The translations under genes and the position numbers were made by a program. The notes below the pieces were generated by a model. That model searched no databases. It was not told where the DNA came from and was given only the letters and a program-made list of their open reading frames with translations. A stretch of DNA of 59,346 nt, the filler included. It is 9 parts of 9 records of this genome, joined end to end, with 100 filler letters (N's around TTAATTAATTAA, not from the genome) between each part and the next. Parts side by side here need not be neighbours in the genome. Positions count along the whole stretch, not along the records: positions 1 to 10,523 come from SRR31147125_49838; positions 10,624 to 16,602 come from SRR31147125_49858; 7 more parts are not named here. One strand, 5' to 3'. Shown one piece after another: positions 1 through 10,691 of this stretch (positions are counted from its first letter, which is position 1; each line of letters opens with the position of its first letter).

Positions 1-185
1 CCTAAAAGTAAGTTCCCTGAAGACTCTAATGGTGCTGAAAGTCCAGATACATATCTCGTTTGGCGATAACTGCTTCTCAATACATCAACGACTAATAACT
101 TGGCCTCTACATCTTCTAAAGTCATGGCATGAGAGAACCCGGGAGTTGAGATAAGGGCCAAAAAAAGCAAGCCAATTAACCTCAT
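1..185 (-). CDS. LolA-like outer-membrane lipoprotein carrier protein (ApeL-like), 3' end outside window
   Basis: Manual translation MRLIGLLFLALISTPGFSHAMTLEDVEAKLLVVDVLRSSYRQTRYVSGLSAPLESSGNLLL: signal peptide plus Q-x-R...GL..PL.SSG motif. ATG overlaps the thioesterase stop. Usual position in ape clusters. Confidence 0.75.
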   Translation of the reverse strand, partial: MRLIGLLFLALISTPGFSHAMTLEDVEAKLLVVDVLRSSYRQTRYVSGLSAPLESSGNLLL

Positions 186-598
186 CCGGAAACACCTAAC
201 TTATCAAGGAAGACTTGAGGAGAAGCAAAACACATCTCGTTACTTCGCATGTCTACAGCGACCTGTTTCGTAGACCCCTTGGTCATTTTCTCCCCAGTCT
301 CTACATCAACAATCTCATACTCGATTTTGAGTTGACATTCGTACTCAACGAGCCTGGCTTTGACAATGACGGATTGCTGCAAACGTAAAGGCTTGATGTA
401 TTTCACCCGGGCACCAACCACCAGCCACGCATAGCCAGACTCTTTCATCTGGAAATAACCGTAGTCGATTTTATTCAGCAGTTCAGCACGGGCATCTTCA
501 AAGTACCGAAAGTAATTGCCATGCCAGACCATCCCCAACACATCAACATCCTGAAAAGGAACTTTGAGTTGGATCTCCGCAGTCAGTTCAATCACCAT
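182..598 (-). CDS. 4-hydroxybenzoyl-CoA-type acyl-CoA thioesterase (ApeK-like)
   Basis: Hot-dog fold motif FQDVDVLGMVWHGNYFRYFEDAR. Confidence 0.9.
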   Translation of the reverse strand: MVIELTAEIQLKVPFQDVDVLGMVWHGNYFRYFEDARAELLNKIDYGYFQMKESGYAWLVVGARVKYIKPLRLQQSVIVKARLVEYECQLKIEYEIVDVETGEKMTKGSTKQVAVDMRSNEMCFASPQVFLDKLGVSG

Positions 599-2139
599 AG
601 AGCTCCCATCGTTTTTGCTGAATCAAAGACAAAAAATGACGAAGATCAGACTCTAATGGACGATCTTCATCGAGAAAGGCAAATTTGTCCTGGCAATCTC
701 TCCACATCGTTTCAAGTTCTCTGGAAATATGTGTAGATGCTATTCCATCGTTACGCCATCGTAGCTCAAGAGCCTGACATGCAGCGAGCAAGCTAGCCGC
801 TGCGACCTGTTCTGTCAGCGTCATAATCCTCAAACAATCTCTGGCAGCAATGGTTCCCATACTCACTTTGTCCTGGTTATGACACTCAGTTGACCTTGAA
901 AATACACTCGCTGGCATTGTCAGCTTTAGAGCTTCAGCGGTCCATGCCGACACACCGATTTGAACAGCCTTGAAACCATGGTTAATCATCGATCGCTCAG
1001 GCCCTGATCCACTCAGATTTGCAGGAAGCCCACAGTTGAATTTCGGATCGACAAGTTGCGAGAGTTGTCTATCCAATAAATCGGCAATATTCGCTACAGC
1101 TATTTTCATGGAATCCATCACCATCGCAATGTGCCCGCCGTAGAAGTGGCCACCGTGCATAACTGTCTCATTTTCTCCATCTATGAGTGGGTTATCAGTC
1201 GCACTATTTAGTTCATTTTCGATCATTTGCCGCCACCAGGCCATGCTATCAGCCATCACGCCTATAACATGAGGCACATCTAAGGGAATATCGATCTTGG
1301 AGTCTATAACTGTTTCTAGGCAATTTTTCCTTACCAAGGTCCTCTCTTAACCAAGCGGCTATCTGTTGCTGACCAGGGTGCGGTTTGGCAGCAAATAATC
1401 CCTCATTGAAATGAAACGAGTTGCCCTTTATGGCAGCAACGACCATTGCTGTGATCCTTGTGGCAAGTCGCATCAGGTATTCAGCTCGATTGAAAGCCAG
1501 ACAAGCCAAGGCTGTCATCACGGCCGTCCCATTCATTAAAGCCAAGCCTTCTTTGGGGCTTAGTGCTATCGCATCTAAGCCAACCGCTTGATACACATCA
1601 GCAGTTTTTTTCAACTGCCCACTCCAAGACACGTCACGTTCTCCAATGATTACCGCGGCAATGTAAGAGAGTGGTGTCAAATCTCCACTCGCACCAACAG
1701 AACCCTCCTGAGGAATTCTTGGTGCGATATCCAAGTTGAGAAGAGAGACAAGTCTTTCCAGAATTATGGGTCTAACACCAGAGAGGCCATGAGACAAGAA
1801 TGACAAACTGGTTGCCATTATGGCGCGAGATTGGGCATGGTTAAAGTTATCACCCATGCCGCACTCATGAAAACGTATCAGGTGTATCGGAAGTTCAGGC
1901 ACAAGTTTCATCGGAATATCAACAGTACAAGAATCACCATAGCCAGTGGTTACTCCGTATATGACCCCATCTTCTTTTAATAGTGAATTCAGGAAATCGA
2001 CACTTTTCTGGAGTCTGTTTCGAAATTCTAGCGCGCCAGAAAGCTCAGCCTTTGCCCAACCATTTCCCAGTGCAACAATCTTTTCTATGGAGATATGGTC
2101 TTGGCCAAACACCACAGCTTCAGATATTGGTTGTTTCAT
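588..2139 (-). CDS. MIO-dependent aromatic amino-acid ammonia-lyase (HAL/PAL/TAL family), frameshift near 1275
   Basis: IYGVTTGYG, GSVGASGDL (ASG), KEGLALMNGT, QDRYSLRC|PHV, NSATDNPL, GGHFYG, TECHNQDKVSMG across ORFs 1249..2160 and 588..1337. Likely start ATG 2139. Confidence 0.9.
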
Positions 2140-3794
2140 CCTGTCCCTTCCAGAAATCAAAAAAATTAAACCATTCCAATGGTGCGTTCATGCAATGATC
2201 TTCTAAACGATTTGCGAAGTCTTGAACTATCCTTTTCATGGCCTGGTCTCTTTGCCCCCGTGGCAAATTAAATTGTTGCGAAAAAAACTCGAAATGGATC
2301 CTGAACCCATCCGCTTCATTCAGCCCAAACATCAGATAGACTGGACAGCGTAGTAACGATGCCAATACAAATGGGCCCTGAGGAAAAGGGGCTTTGTCAC
2401 CCAGGAAGTCAACCCACACTGTGCTTTTGCCATTTTTCAATGGTGTTCTGTCTGCGACAATAACGATCCATTCACCAGCGTCAATCTTTTGCTGAAGCAT
2501 GATCGCTGTATCTGGCCCGATATCAGAAACCTGGATAAGATTGATATTTGCACGTGGGTTGATTGACCTGAGTGTTTTGTTAAATCGTTCGGCATGCTTA
2601 GTGAAAACTATAGAGTTTATTTTCACTTCACTAGCCCCATCACCAAGCGCCCGGCATAATTCGAGATTCCCAAGATGAGAACCGATTACCAGCACGCCTT
2701 TTCCGGAAGCAACTACTTCCCGGTAAAGTTCCTCGGATGAAAAATCAACATCCTGAAATTTTATATCACCGCTCCATGCCGCAAATTTTTCCAGCATCGA
2801 ACGGCCAAAACTCAAAAAATGTTTAAAACTGTTCAGTCCCGAGGGTAGAGATCTTCCTGACGCTTTTGCATACACTTGAACGCGATTTAAATAATCTTGA
2901 GATGCTCGTCTGGCCCTCACACCAGTTAACCAGAAATATGCCATCACCGGGTAAAGCAGGATGTTGAAAACCCTGCGGCCAATTGCTCGATAAACCCACA
3001 ACATGAATTTTATTCCAAAAAAACTGCCCCGCTCCTGCTCCTTGGACCAGTGACGGTGATTACCAAACTTGCTTGCAAGTAAATTTGGCAAGCGCAACAA
3101 CATGCCGAAAAACAACCTGGTATGCGTCCATGAGATCAGGACATTATCTCGGAATACATCGAAATGGGACAAACCATCTTCAGGGTAAATCACACGCGTT
3201 TCAAAGGAATCAACCTGAACCCCTTCCCATAGGAGTCGGACCATGATCTCGACATCGAAGCTCATGCGCCGGCCAAGGCTTTCATGTTGAAACAATCTGG
3301 CACAGGCTTCCAACGGGTAGGCGCGAAATCCGCACATGCTGTCTTTGATCTGGAATGAAAGCGTTTCTATCCAGACCCATACATGAGTGACATATCGGCC
3401 ATAGAGCCGTGTTTTTGGAACGGAACTGTCAAAGACAGGTCGGCCGGAGATAAGAGCACCAGGAGCATTTTGGGATAATTTAAGCAGTACAGGAAGATCG
3501 TTCAAATCATGCTGACCATCAGCGTCAATTTGTATGGCATGAGTAAAGCCCTGCTGCCAAGCTTTCCTTATGCCAGTCGTCACAGCCCCCCTTCCCCAGG
3601 TTGTGATCGTGGCGTATTAGCTTCACCCAATCATATTTTGCCGCCAGACTATCAAGAACGTCTGCTGTGCTTTGTGAGCTTCCATCATCAATGACATAAC
3701 AATCATATCCATAATGACTCAATTCATTTACAACCACAGGCATGGTTTTGCCGTGGTTGTAACATGGAATTAAGAAGCAAGGCTTGTAATCCAT
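2120..3794 (-). CDS. GT2 glycosyltransferase fused to lipid A acyltransferase-like domain (ApeJ-like), frameshift in G-run near 3590
   Basis: LIPCYNHG, VIDDGS, NLGKGG|, QIDADGQH, DSMCGFR, then WSKEQERGS and GSHLGNLE. Joins ORFs 3525..3803 and 2120..3583. Confidence 0.9.
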
Positions 3795-4144
3795 CACCCC
3801 CACTTGACACGTCCACTGCTAACCACTTGCTCACCGAGAGAATATTTGAAACTCAAACGAGACTTTTCAGGAGACCACTCCAACAATATGCTTAAATCGT
3901 CGCCAGGGTTGGCCGGCATATGAAACTTTACTTGCTCCATCCCGGAAAATCCGCCTATTACACCAAGCAGCTCCTGTCCCCACAAAACCGCCCAATGAAT
4001 CTGGGCGACACCCGGCAAGACAGGCCTTTTAGGGAAATGTCCCTGAAAACAAAGCAGATCATCAGACAAACGAACAACAAATTCCGCCTTGTTCTCTGTA
4101 ATCTGCAGGCCTGAGACTTCAGGCATCTTTTTATAGTCCATCAT
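3794..4144 (-). CDS. FabZ-like 3-hydroxyacyl-ACP dehydratase (ApeI-like)
   Basis: FQGHFPKRPVLPGVAQIHW motif. Confidence 0.88.
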   Translation of the reverse strand: MMDYKKMPEVSGLQITENKAEFVVRLSDDLLCFQGHFPKRPVLPGVAQIHWAVLWGQELLGVIGGFSGMEQVKFHMPANPGDDLSILLEWSPEKSRLSFKYSLGEQVVSSGRVKWG

Positions 4145-5498
4145 ACAAAAAGCCCTTTTAGCGTGCCCACTTCATATTTACCTTGGCTGTTTACGGGTAT
4201 CTGATCAACAACCCTAAACCGTCTAGGCAGGCCAACAGGCTCGATATGATCATGTAATCTTTTCTTTATTGAGGACCAAAATGCGGAACGCCCCTTATGC
4301 AACAATTTGCCCGATCCTTCATCCGTCAGAACGATCACTGCACCAAGTTCTAAACGTCCACCATTTTCCAAGGAAATCACAACAGCTTCTTGTATCTCAG
4401 AGAAATTTTGAAGTCGCTGTTCAACTTCAACAAGAGAAATCCTCTTTTCTGAAACTTTAACAATGCGATCCGCACGACCAAGCAAGTGAAACCTTCCATC
4501 TGGAAGAAGAGACACTCGATCATTGGTCAAATACCAATGATCCTCCACGATGAAAGGAGATCGGATCTCTAAACGGTCTTGATCCGCACACCTGACGTCT
4601 ACAACAGGGAAAAGCCGCCAAGGTTCAGAGGCATTGGCCTGCTCTCGCCATCCAATACCTCCGGTTTCGCTACTTCCATAAACTTCAACAGGCAGACTGC
4701 CAAACAGGTCAAAACAGTGTTTTGCGGCCTCAAATGGTAATGGTCCGCCAGACGAGAAAACCTTTCGATAACCATCATCGACCTTTTCAACCGTCAATCT
4801 TTTTAAGAGTGCAGGGCTACTTACCAAGATGCGATCACTTGACGATTTTCTTGAGATTTGGTCAGGATATAAAAGCATCGTATTCGAAAATGGCACACCA
4901 AGAGACAGTGGCAAGAGTATGCGAAACAACAGTCCGTAGATATGCTGATGAGAAACACTTCCAAAAACTTCACAGCTCGAGAAATATACTCCGAAAAGAT
5001 TTCTCAAGACGTTTACTTCGTTATCTAACTGTTTAAATGTTTTTTGAATGGCCTCTGCTACACCTGTTGTACCTGAGGTGAAAAGTGTAATTTTGACATC
5101 ATCCAGAGATTGGTGCTGAATTCTTGGAGTGGATGTTTTTGGAGTGGATATTCTTGATTCGGGATTCCATGCTTCAGACTCAACGCAAAGATCCTGATCA
5201 CTGAGTATCCCATCAAAGTGCTGGCTGATTTCAGCGAGAGCTTTTTGCTGCGCGTGTTACTCGGCAACACAATGTCTTTGCCTGATATTGCAAGCGCAAA
5301 CAAAGACACGGTAAACCAGTAACTGTCTTCAAAACATAAGGCCCACCGGCCCAGATTGCTCTCTGAGAGAGGTAAACAAAGTGCATTAATATCACACTCC
5401 AACTTTTCCCATGGTATCAACTCACCAGCACTATCAATGGCCACTGGACGATTTTTCGGTACTTCGATCGAAAATAATGATGTAAATGCGCTTGCCAA
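4141..5498 (-). CDS. AMP-binding acyl/aryl-ACP synthetase (ApeH-like), frameshift near 5250
   Basis: FTSGTTG read manually upstream in frame with 4141..5007; SVSHQHIYGLLF, FSSGGPL, EVYGSSETGG, LLGRADRIVK. N-terminus is in ORF 5058..5498. Confidence 0.85.
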
Positions 5499-5500
5499 GG

Positions 5501-6066
5501 TTACATTCTCTTGCGGTAAAAATGACGGAATAGATACTCACTTACCATCAAAATTCCAATAATTAAATAACTTATAAATCCGTTATATAGAGCCCAAATC
5601 TTAAAGTCAGTCGCAACTGCCGTATATAGAGCTGCAAGACCATTCAACAAAAAAAACACACACCACATCTGTGTCACTATTTTAGTATATTTGACCCCAG
5701 ACTCAGGGAGGTCAGGCTCTCTAATACGTGCAAATCGTTCTATTATTGGCGGAGGATGAACAAGAGTAAAAAAAAGACGAAAAGGAAAATAATATTGACC
5801 GCTACAGGATAGTATTTGAACCACTGCGCGTCATGCATCAACCACGAAAGAACAGCCAGTAAAAAACCGACCACAGCCAACCAACGTATTGCTTTTGCGT
5901 ACCTCACCACACCGTTAAAGGCAGAAGGCATAATCAGTCTGAATAAGAAAAGGCAGGCGATCATTAAGGCCGCACTGCCGACATTCAAGTAACTAACCCC
6001 CCAATAAACAGCAAATGGATATGCGATAATCAAGGTTCCAACAAAAATAGAAGCGTATTTAGACAT
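5501..6066 (-). CDS. COG4648-type membrane protein (ApeG-like), frameshift in homopolymer run near 5775
   Basis: AYPFAVY, KYYPVAVN|, PPIIERFAR, YTKIVTQMW, WALYNGFISY across two ORFs. Confidence 0.82.
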
Positions 6067-6322
6067 TATCCCCTGAAATCAAATCATACACCGTTTTCAC
6101 AACATCCTCGACCGTACGCACTGCCTTGAATGCGTCAGGCTTGACTTTCATGCCGGTAACATTTTTAAGTCTGACAACCAGATCAACAGCATCAATGCTG
6201 TCAAGGTCAAGGTCTTGAAACAGTCGGGCCTCAGGTTTAACGGCATCTTTTTCGAGTTCAAAAAGTTCCACCATAGCTTCTCGAACTTTTTTGTAAATCT
6301 CTTCCTCAGTATAAATGGCCAT
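6059..6322 (-). CDS. Acyl carrier protein
   Basis: DLDLDSIDAVDL phosphopantetheine motif, 87 aa, acidic. Confidence 0.92.
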   Translation of the reverse strand: MAIYTEEEIYKKVREAMVELFELEKDAVKPEARLFQDLDLDSIDAVDLVVRLKNVTGMKVKPDAFKAVRTVEDVVKTVYDLISGDNV

Positions 6323-6325
6323 CAG

Positions 6326-6589
6326 CTATATATAATTCCTTTGTGATGCTATAAATTTTGCAAGACTTGCAACTGACTGAAAGCGGTTTCTGGTTTCCTC
6401 ATCATCCGAATTGATAGTGATGCCAAACTTCTTCCTTAAAGCAATTCCAAGCTCTAAAGCATCTATCGAATCCAGTCCCAGCCCATCACCGAAAAGAGGT
6501 GCTTCTGTTCCAATCTCTTCAGGTACGATGTCTTCAAGGTTTAGAGATTTAACAATCAACTTCTTAATCTCGATTTCCAGTTCTTCCAT
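6326..6589 (-). CDS. Acyl carrier protein
   Basis: LFGDGLGLDSIDALEL motif typical of ape ACPs. Confidence 0.92.
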   Translation of the reverse strand: MEELEIEIKKLIVKSLNLEDIVPEEIGTEAPLFGDGLGLDSIDALELGIALRKKFGITINSDDEETRNRFQSVASLAKFIASQRNYI

Positions 6590-6600
6590 ATCGCATCCTC

Positions 6601-7371
6601 TTAACCTGCTTCAGGTATAAGTCTTTTTGTTAGGTAAGCTGTCAGACGTCTGGCGGCTATAGCTTCTGAAGGACAATCCTCGATAAATTTTTTTATATTA
6701 ACTTTTTCCTTTACCTGAACCAAGAAAATTGGCTTTTCAGGCGGTATTTGATACCACTTTTCATGTTTTGTTAGGGTGGTCGGATTACATTGGATATGAA
6801 CAATCCGCAGGTCGCTGCGGGTACGCACTGCAATGTGAGCTGCTCCGCGTTTAAGAGTCATCGGCTGAGTTGGGACAGTCCTGGTCCCTTCAGGAAAGAT
6901 TAACAACACATTACCCGCTTTCAATGTGCTGTCACATTGCGACAACATTTCACTTGTATCAGTATTCGGTATGTAACCGGCTGCAGCAACCGCCCCCCGC
7001 GCAAACGGATTCGCCCACATGGCCTTTTTCACAATGCAATCACACTGCGGCAACAAAGAGGTGATCAAAACATAATCGATCAGTGAAGGGTGGTTTGCAA
7101 CAATGATACTCCCCTTTTCAGCCTGAAGAACCTTTTTATTCTCAATGTGAAAACTAAGAACACCAAGCCACTTCATCATACCGACAAACAGTCTGAATAT
7201 TTGCCTGATGGTCGTATGTGCGATTCTTTTCCTGTGGTCAGATTTTGTAACAATAAGATTGATCAGAGGGAACCAAAGAAATGTTAGGAAAAGTCCCCCA
7301 ACACCAAAAGCAAAAAAACTAATGGCTGTCCCACACAAGCGCCAAAGTCTATTTAACACTCGCACGTCCAC
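6601..7371 (-). CDS. PlsC-family acyltransferase (ApeD-like)
   Basis: ANHPSLID and IFPEGTRT motifs. Confidence 0.9.
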   Translation of the reverse strand: MDVRVLNRLWRLCGTAISFFAFGVGGLFLTFLWFPLINLIVTKSDHRKRIAHTTIRQIFRLFVGMMKWLGVLSFHIENKKVLQAEKGSIIVANHPSLIDYVLITSLLPQCDCIVKKAMWANPFARGAVAAAGYIPNTDTSEMLSQCDSTLKAGNVLLIFPEGTRTVPTQPMTLKRGAAHIAVRTRSDLRIVHIQCNPTTLTKHEKWYQIPPEKPIFLVQVKEKVNIKKFIEDCPSEAIAARRLTAYLTKRLIPEAG

Positions 7372-8075
7372 ACCCAGTTGTTGCGGGTCCCTTTGACCAT
7401 GAAGCTCGTTTGTCTCAAGGTATAGGCTCGCATGAATTGTAAAGCTTGAGGCAAAGAGAAATCTTCAGAGGAATTTTCTTTTTCAGACGCTTTGATTACC
7501 CAACCAGTCCCATTAGTGCCATTCTCCAGAACTAGCCCCAAAGCATAGCAGAAAGGAAGCTCATCGGCAAATGAGGCATAAACATCAGGGACTTGACCAT
7601 CAAAACAAACCAGCAGAACTTTTCCGTCAACGGCAGTCTTCATACGTGCCCACGCTTCGAAAACTCCTTGCTGGAAACTATCTTGACATGCGGCAAGGGA
7701 TGTTACCGGCATCGGTTTTTGATCCACAATGGTAAACAATCCAGAGGATGTATTGTGAACAGATTGAGAAAAAGCAATAGGAGATGCTTCCTCACCAGAT
7801 AATATTTCATTCAACAACTTGAAAGTCCGTTGCAATTCACCATGCCGGCTGACAAAAACTCCATATACAAAATCGTGCTTTGAAGACAAGGAAAGAGCTG
7901 TCTGCATAACCAGCTTACTAGGCAAACTCATGCGACGCTTCATATTGGCTGGGACAAGGTCGTAAGCGGGCTGAATTTCTTGATTCCGTTGACCATGTTC
8001 TGCCCATATCCACCAATCGGCTTCCGTGGCCAGGCCAGGAGCAAGCCCAAAACAGTCTGATATTTTGATTTTCAT
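7353..8075 (-). CDS. Beta-ketoacyl synthase chain-length-factor-like protein (ApeC-like)
   Basis: MKRRMS, SRHGE, SPIAFSQSVHN motifs; short KS N-terminal-like protein. Confidence 0.85.
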   Translation of the reverse strand: MKIKISDCFGLAPGLATEADWWIWAEHGQRNQEIQPAYDLVPANMKRRMSLPSKLVMQTALSLSSKHDFVYGVFVSRHGELQRTFKLLNEILSGEEASPIAFSQSVHNTSSGLFTIVDQKPMPVTSLAACQDSFQQGVFEAWARMKTAVDGKVLLVCFDGQVPDVYASFADELPFCYALGLVLENGTNGTGWVIKASEKENSSEDFSLPQALQFMRAYTLRQTSFMVKGTRNNWVWTCEC

Positions 8076-8193
8076 CTGTATTCGCGGTCAATTCTGATTT
8101 TGACAGACGTATATGATTGAGAGTATTCAACTCATATTGTAATATCAACAACCTTGCTTTTCATTTTCAATAAAATACCACAAGGAGGAAAAA

Positions 8194-8589
8194 ATGAAAA
8201 ACATCATCAGAGTTGTTATTCTCTTATTGGTTTTGACGATTTCTGTCGGCTGTGTCGGAAGGACAAAACCTGTCTATAATATTAAAAACCAAGAGATTAT
8301 CTTCGACTTGCCACTGAAAGACGTTGAAAGAGCTATCCTGAAAGCCGGTGTTGAAAAAGGTTGGAATATGGCTGTTCTGAAACCAGGACAAATTGATGCG
8401 AAGCTTATTGTCCGTACTCACAATGCCCATGTAAACATCGACTACAGTGAAAGAGCATATTCTATCACTTACCTCGACAGCAACAATCTTCTGTATAAGG
8501 ATGGTATGATACACAGGAATTATAACCGCTGGATAACCTACCTAGACCAAAGGATCCAGGTAAATCTCATTGATGCATCGGCTAAGTAA
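8194..8589 (+). CDS. Lipoprotein (ApeA-like)
   Basis: Lipobox SVGC; IHRNYNRW motif; AGGAGG RBS. Confidence 0.78.
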   Translation: MKNIIRVVILLLVLTISVGCVGRTKPVYNIKNQEIIFDLPLKDVERAILKAGVEKGWNMAVLKPGQIDAKLIVRTHNAHVNIDYSERAYSITYLDSNNLLYKDGMIHRNYNRWITYLDQRIQVNLIDASAK

Positions 8590-8616
8590 CAATCGATTGC
8601 AAAGGAATAGGCGATT

Positions 8617-9684
8617 GTGAATGACTTTTTCAGCAAGGACCAGCTAACGGCCCTTGAGGCAATTACCGAAGCGCAAAAAATTGCCTTTGCCCCTTTCGTT
8701 TTTCAGGCAACATGGGCTTTGCGGGAACTGGGCATATTGTCTGAACTTGACAAAGCTTCAGGAAATGGTCTTTCGGTGAAAGAGCTTTCTGACATTCTCG
8801 ATATCGAATGTTACGGCATCAGTGTATTACTCGACATGGCATTAAGTTCAAATCTCGTCAGGCAGGATGCAGAGAAATATTATCTTAGCAAGGTCGGCTA
8901 TTTTATTCTCAGTGACAGGATGACCCGTACCAATATGGATTTCACACAATATGTATGTTACCAGCCGATATCCCACCTAATCGAATCCATACGAAACGGA
9001 AAGCCGGAGGGACTCAAGGTGTTCGGTGACTGGGAGACAATTTACCCTAATTTGAGTTCACTACCTGAACCCGCTCGGAAATCCTGGTTTGAATTCGACC
9101 ATTTTTATTCTGACCAGGCGTTCAGCGAAGCCCTTCCGCATGTTTTCTTTAACTTCCCTACGGCACTGTTCGACATTGGAGGCAACACCGGGAAATGGGC
9201 CCTGCGCTGTATCGAGTATAATCCTGATGTCCATGTCAGCATTCTCGATCTTCCTGAACAGGTTGAACTGGCAAAGAATGTAATTAGTCTTAACAAGGCG
9301 GAAAACCGGATTTCTGCATTACCCGTCAATGTTTTAACGGTTGATGAGATGCCGTCTGGGGCAGATGCCTATTGGATGAGCCAGTTCCTCGATTGTTTCT
9401 CTGAACAGGAAATTGTTCGCATCCTAAAGTCTATCCGACAATCGATGAAATCTGACGCTCGCCTATTTATTATGGAACTGTTCTGGGACAGACAACGTTT
9501 TGAAGCTGCAGCCTTCAGCATGAATGCAATCTCACTTTACTTTACCTGCCTGGCAAATGGTAAAAGCCGTTTCTATCGCTCCACAGAAATGCTGCGTTGC
9601 ATCAAAAAAGCAGGGTTTCATGTTGAAAAAGACCTTGATGGACTTGGGTTCGGACACACTTTGCTTGAGTGCAGAGTCCTCTAA
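8617..9684 (+). CDS. SAM-dependent O-methyltransferase (ApeB-like)
   Basis: AQKIAFAPFVFQ, DIGGNTGKW, WMSQFLDCFS, YFTCLANG. Confidence 0.9.
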   Translation: MNDFFSKDQLTALEAITEAQKIAFAPFVFQATWALRELGILSELDKASGNGLSVKELSDILDIECYGISVLLDMALSSNLVRQDAEKYYLSKVGYFILSDRMTRTNMDFTQYVCYQPISHLIESIRNGKPEGLKVFGDWETIYPNLSSLPEPARKSWFEFDHFYSDQAFSEALPHVFFNFPTALFDIGGNTGKWALRCIEYNPDVHVSILDLPEQVELAKNVISLNKAENRISALPVNVLTVDEMPSGADAYWMSQFLDCFSEQEIVRILKSIRQSMKSDARLFIMELFWDRQRFEAAAFSMNAISLYFTCLANGKSRFYRSTEMLRCIKKAGFHVEKDLDGLGFGHTLLECRVL

Positions 9685-9871
9685 TATTAAAAAAAAGGTT
9701 AAATCGGGCGACTCATTAATTACCCTGATGATTTTTATAACGCTTGTGTGCTTTGGATGCAAGACCTTTGAAGGTTTTCAGTTTAGGCAAAGATGTTCAG
9801 GAAACTGGCTATTGGATCGAACAAACAGCTTAAAGGGCTGACCAGTAATTACTACAAAAGCTGAAGGTCTA

Positions 9872-10390
9872 ATGAAACCATTAATATTGATTGCTTCAAT
9901 ATGCATACTTGCAGCTTGTACTGCGACCTATCAACAGATTGATATCAGTGACAAGCCTACTCAAAAGATACCCATTGACTCCAAAGTTCTGATAACCACC
10001 CCTGCGGATGGCAAGTATGCTACTAGAAATTACGTGGGTTCTGGTGAAATGACTGCACGAGCTATTGACGCAGCATTTGGGAGATATTCAAACCATGTCC
10101 AGGTGACGAGCAACTGTTCGTCACTTGCTGAGTGCATGGGTGAAGCCCAACACACCGACTACAATTATTTAGTATTTTCAGAGATTTTACACTGGGAAGA
10201 CAGGGCAACCGAGTGGTCAGGCAAATCTGACCGTATAGAGGTGAAAATATCTCTGTATGAAGTAAGAAACGAAGTACTAATTCATTCCACGATCATAGCC
10301 GGGAAAAGCAAGGTGGCAACCCTGGGCGGTGACCACCCTCAAGACTTGCTTCCAGAACCAATAAAAATTTACGTATCCACTTTATTCTGA
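9872..10390 (+). CDS. DUF4823-like lipoprotein
   Basis: Lipobox LAAC; ILHWEDRATEWSGKSD and TLGGDHPQDLL motifs. Confidence 0.78.
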   Translation: MKPLILIASICILAACTATYQQIDISDKPTQKIPIDSKVLITTPADGKYATRNYVGSGEMTARAIDAAFGRYSNHVQVTSNCSSLAECMGEAQHTDYNYLVFSEILHWEDRATEWSGKSDRIEVKISLYEVRNEVLIHSTIIAGKSKVATLGGDHPQDLLPEPIKIYVSTLF

Positions 10391-10523
10391 TCTAAGCTAT
10401 TTAATTACAAGCTGAATTTTGTATTTTCCACCATGCAAGCCTACTAACACACACCAAAAGACCTAGGTAATATGTATATCAAAGATAGGCCAAGAGTTAT
10501 AGTCAAGTCTGGTGTTTGGAAAA

Positions 10524-10623
10524 NNNNNNNNNNNNNNNNNNNNNNNNNNNNNNNNNNNNNNNNNNNNTTAATTAATTAANNNNNNNNNNNNNNNNNNNNN
10601 NNNNNNNNNNNNNNNNNNNNNNN
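10524..10623. other. Artificial contig spacer; same spacer at 16603-16702, 22242-22341, 28425-28524, 35478-35577, 40734-40833, 45851-45950, 52947-53046
   Basis: 100-nt N-run with central TTAATTAATTAA (stops in all six frames); genes are truncated and composition shifts at these points. Confidence 0.98.
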
Positions 10624-10691
10624 TCAGAAGATGCACGCTTGACTTGACACTAGTTTTATTTTACACAGTTCACTACTAATAATATTTATTA

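Noticed and set aside
588-6066. Programmed frameshifting or pseudogenisation of the ape cluster
   Set aside because: Similar indels occur in most contigs, largely at homopolymers, and catalytic motifs are intact; sequencing error is simpler.
10568-10579. Repeated TTAATTAATTAA palindrome as a biological repeat or CRISPR
   Set aside because: Always centred in N-runs; it is an assembly linker.
10624-10653. Possible IS ends at contig edges (CTTGACTTGACACTAG here; TAGGAACCGGTCTTAAATAA at 52921)
   Set aside because: No partner inverted repeat or transposase visible; cannot be supported.
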